Assembly: GCF_009914755.1 (NCBI RefSeq)
Contig: NC_060926.1
From: the human T2T-CHM13v2.0 reference genome, Homo sapiens
Length of the DNA stretch: 64,000 bases
Reading direction: 5' to 3' (one strand)
Shown here: piece by piece, positions 61,060 to 64,000 of the stretch
How the letters are laid out: each line of letters starts with the position of its first letter
Numbering within the stretch: position 1 is the first letter of the stretch
Notes under the pieces: generated by a model
Databases searched by the model: none
The model's input: only the letters and a program-made list of their open reading frames with translations
What the model was told of the DNA's origin: nothing
Position numbers and translations under genes: made by a program

Positions 61060-64000
61060 GCAATCGATGCCTACAACAAAGAAAGATTTCAAGTAAAAAA
61101 CCTAATGATTCATCTCAAGGAAATACCAAAACAAGAACAAACTGAATCCAAAAGTAATAGAAAGAAATAATAGTGATCAGAGCAGAAATAAATGAAATCG
61201 AGACTGAGAAAATACAAAAGATTAATAAAATGAAGAGTGAATTTTTGAAAAGATAAATAAAATTGGCAAACCTCTATCTAGACTATCAGAAAAAGAAAAG
61301 ACTGAAATAAATAAAATCCAATATAAAAAAGAGGACATTATAACTGATACCACAGAACTACAAAGGATCAAAAGAGAGTACCAGGAACAAGTATATGCCA
61401 ACAAATTTAATAATGAAGAAATAATAAATCAATTCCAACACACATACAACCATCCAATATTGAATAACAAGGAAACTGTAAATCTGAACAGGCTAATTAC
61501 CAATGAGGAAATTGAATTAGTAATTTAACATCTCCCGTCAAAGAAAAGCGCAGGACCTGATAGCTTCACTGCTGACTTCTACCAAACTTTTAAAGAAGAA
61601 CTAATACCAATTACTTCAATGTATTCAAGAACATTGAAAAGGAGGGAATATTTTCAAACTCCTTCCACATAGCCAGCATTACCTTGATTCCAAAACCAGA
61701 AAAGAACACAACAAAACAAGGAAACTACAGGTCAATATTCCCGATGAACATAGATGAAAAAATTCTCATCCAAATACTAACAAACAAAACTCAACAGCAG
61801 ATTAAAAAGCTATCCATTTTGTTCAAGTGGAACTTATTCCAGGAATGAAAGAATGGTTCAACATATGCAAATCAATACCTGTGAAACATTCCATAACATA
61901 ATGAAGGACAAAATCCATACAATCAATTCAACAGATGCAGAAAAAGCACTTGGCAAAATTCAACATCCCTTTATAATAAAAAAAAACTGCCAACAAATTA
62001 CATATAGAATGTATGTACCTCAACACAATGAAGGCCATATATAAAAATCCCAAAGCTAACATTATACTCAATGGGGACAAGTTGAAAACTTTTGCTTTAA
62101 GATCTGGAACGAGACAAGTATGCCCACTTTCACCACTTCTTTTCAACATATTACTAGAAGTCCCAGTAAGCAAAAGAAAGAAATAAAAGATATCCAAATT
62201 GGAAAGGAAAAAGTTAAATTGTCCTGTTTGCAGATGAAATTACTGCATATGTGTAAAACCCCAAGAAGTTCACAAAAAAAGTTAGTACTAATAAGTTAAT
62301 TTTGTAAAGTTGAAGGATACAAAAATCAACATATAAAATCAGTAGCATTTGTATACACATATAGTGAACTATCTAAAAAAATTTAAAAAAAAATTTTATT
62401 TATAATAGCTACAAAACTACAAAGTACCTAGGAATAAATTTTACCATTAAGGTGAAAAGAAGCTACACTAAAAACTATAAAACCTTGATGAAAGACATTG
62501 AAAAGGATGCAAATAAATGAAAATATATCTCATGTATATGGACTTGAAGAATTAATATTGTTGAAATGTCCATACTACCCCAAGTTATCTACAGATTTGA
62601 TGAAATCTCTATCAAAATACCACTGACATTTTTAATTCTAAAATTTGTGTGGAATTACAAAAATCCTGAATAACCAAACAATCTTGAGCAAAAAAGCAAA
62701 AGTAGAGGCATTATACTATGTGACTTCAAAATATAATACAAAGCTATAGTAATTAAAACACTATGATATCGACATTAAAAACAGACATATAAACCAATGA
62801 AACAAAACAGAGAACCCAGAAATAAATCCACATGCCTACAGTCAACTGATTTTTGACAAAGGTGCCAAGAACACACAATGGGGAAAGGACAATCTCTTCA
62901 ATAAATGGTGCTGGGAAAAGTGGATGTCCACATGCAGAAGAATAAAACCTGACCCCTATTTTTTACCATACACAAAATTTAACTGAAGATGGATTAAAGA
63001 CTTAAATGTAAGACCTGAAACTACTAGAAGAAAACATAGGTGAAATGCTTCATAACACTGGACTGGACAAAGTTTTGTTAATAAGACTTTAAAAGCACAG
63101 GCAAAAAATGAAAAGTAGACAATGGGATTACATCAAAATACAAGGCTTCTGCACTGCAAAGGAAACAGTCAACAAGTGAAAAGACAACCTGCAAAATGGG
63201 AGAATATATTTGCAAACACTACATCTAACAAGAGGAGGATATTCAAAATATATAAGAAACTCAAACAACTCAATAGCAAAAACAAACAAAAAAAAACCAA
63301 CAACAACAAATTTAACCCAAATAATCCTATTTAAAAATGGACAAAACTCCTTAATAGAAATTTCTCAAAAAGACATGCAAATGGCTAACCAGTATATGAA
63401 AAAATGCTCAATATCACTAATCATTTCAGAAATGCATATCAAAATCATAGTAAGTTATCACCTTACTCCAGCTAAAATGACATTAGTAAAAACACAAAAT
63501 AAGTGTTGGCAAAGAAGTGGAGAAAAGGAAACCCTTATACAGTGTCAGTGAAAATGTGAATTAGTCTATAGCCCCTCTGGAAAGCAATATGGAGGTTACT
63601 CAGAAAACTAAAAATCAAACTACCATATGATCCAGCAATCTTACTACTGGATATATATCCAAAGAAAATGAAATCAGTTTGTCAAAAAGACACCTGCACT
63701 TTCATGTTTATTGCAGACTATTCACAATAGCCAACCTGTGGAATCAGCCTACATATCCATTAGTAGATAAATAGATAAAGAAAATGTGGTATATATACAC
63801 AATGGGATACCAGTCAGCCATACAAAAAAAAGAATAAAATCCTATTATTTGCAGCATGAATAAATCTGGAAGACATTATGTTAAGTGAAATAAGCCAGAC
63901 ATAGAAAGACAAATACCACATAATCTCACTCATATGTGGATTCTAAAAAGTTGATCTCATTAAAGCAGAGAATAGAGCAATCATTACCAGAGACTGGGGA
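61060..64000 (+). mobile_element. 5'-truncated L1MA (ORF2 to 3' UTR), runs off the window end
   Basis: ORF2 remnants (STDAEKALGKIQHPF; ctgtttgcagatga) and 3' UTR gacattatgttaagtgaaataagccag...aagttgatctcat. Confidence 0.9.

Overview
Primate (human-like) non-coding genomic DNA, AT-rich and CpG-poor, made mostly of transposable-element fossils: L1, Alu, MIR/L2, MaLR, ERV1/ERVL LTRs and hAT/Tigger/mariner DNA transposons. I found no credible host protein-coding exon, RNA gene or CpG island, and the supplied ORFs are retroelement remnants or chance ORFs. Subfamily names come from recalled consensus sequences, not a database search. The most unusual structure is an HERV-S (HERVL18/LTR18)-type insertion at 18288-21566. 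It has two 3' ends (env tail + PPT + LTR) in inverted orientation, bounded by a single 5-bp target-site duplication. Its arms are about 80% identical except for a 203-bp block at 97% identity with a 113-bp perfect core, which suggests recent arm-to-arm gene conversion or a recurrent inversion. It lies inside a four-level nested insertion. Other oddities are a 123-bp dispersed duplication of apparently unique DNA, a templated insertion inside Tigger1, a collapsed MADE1, a solo LTR7 and several candidate regulatory segments. I cannot claim a new biological system from sequence alone.
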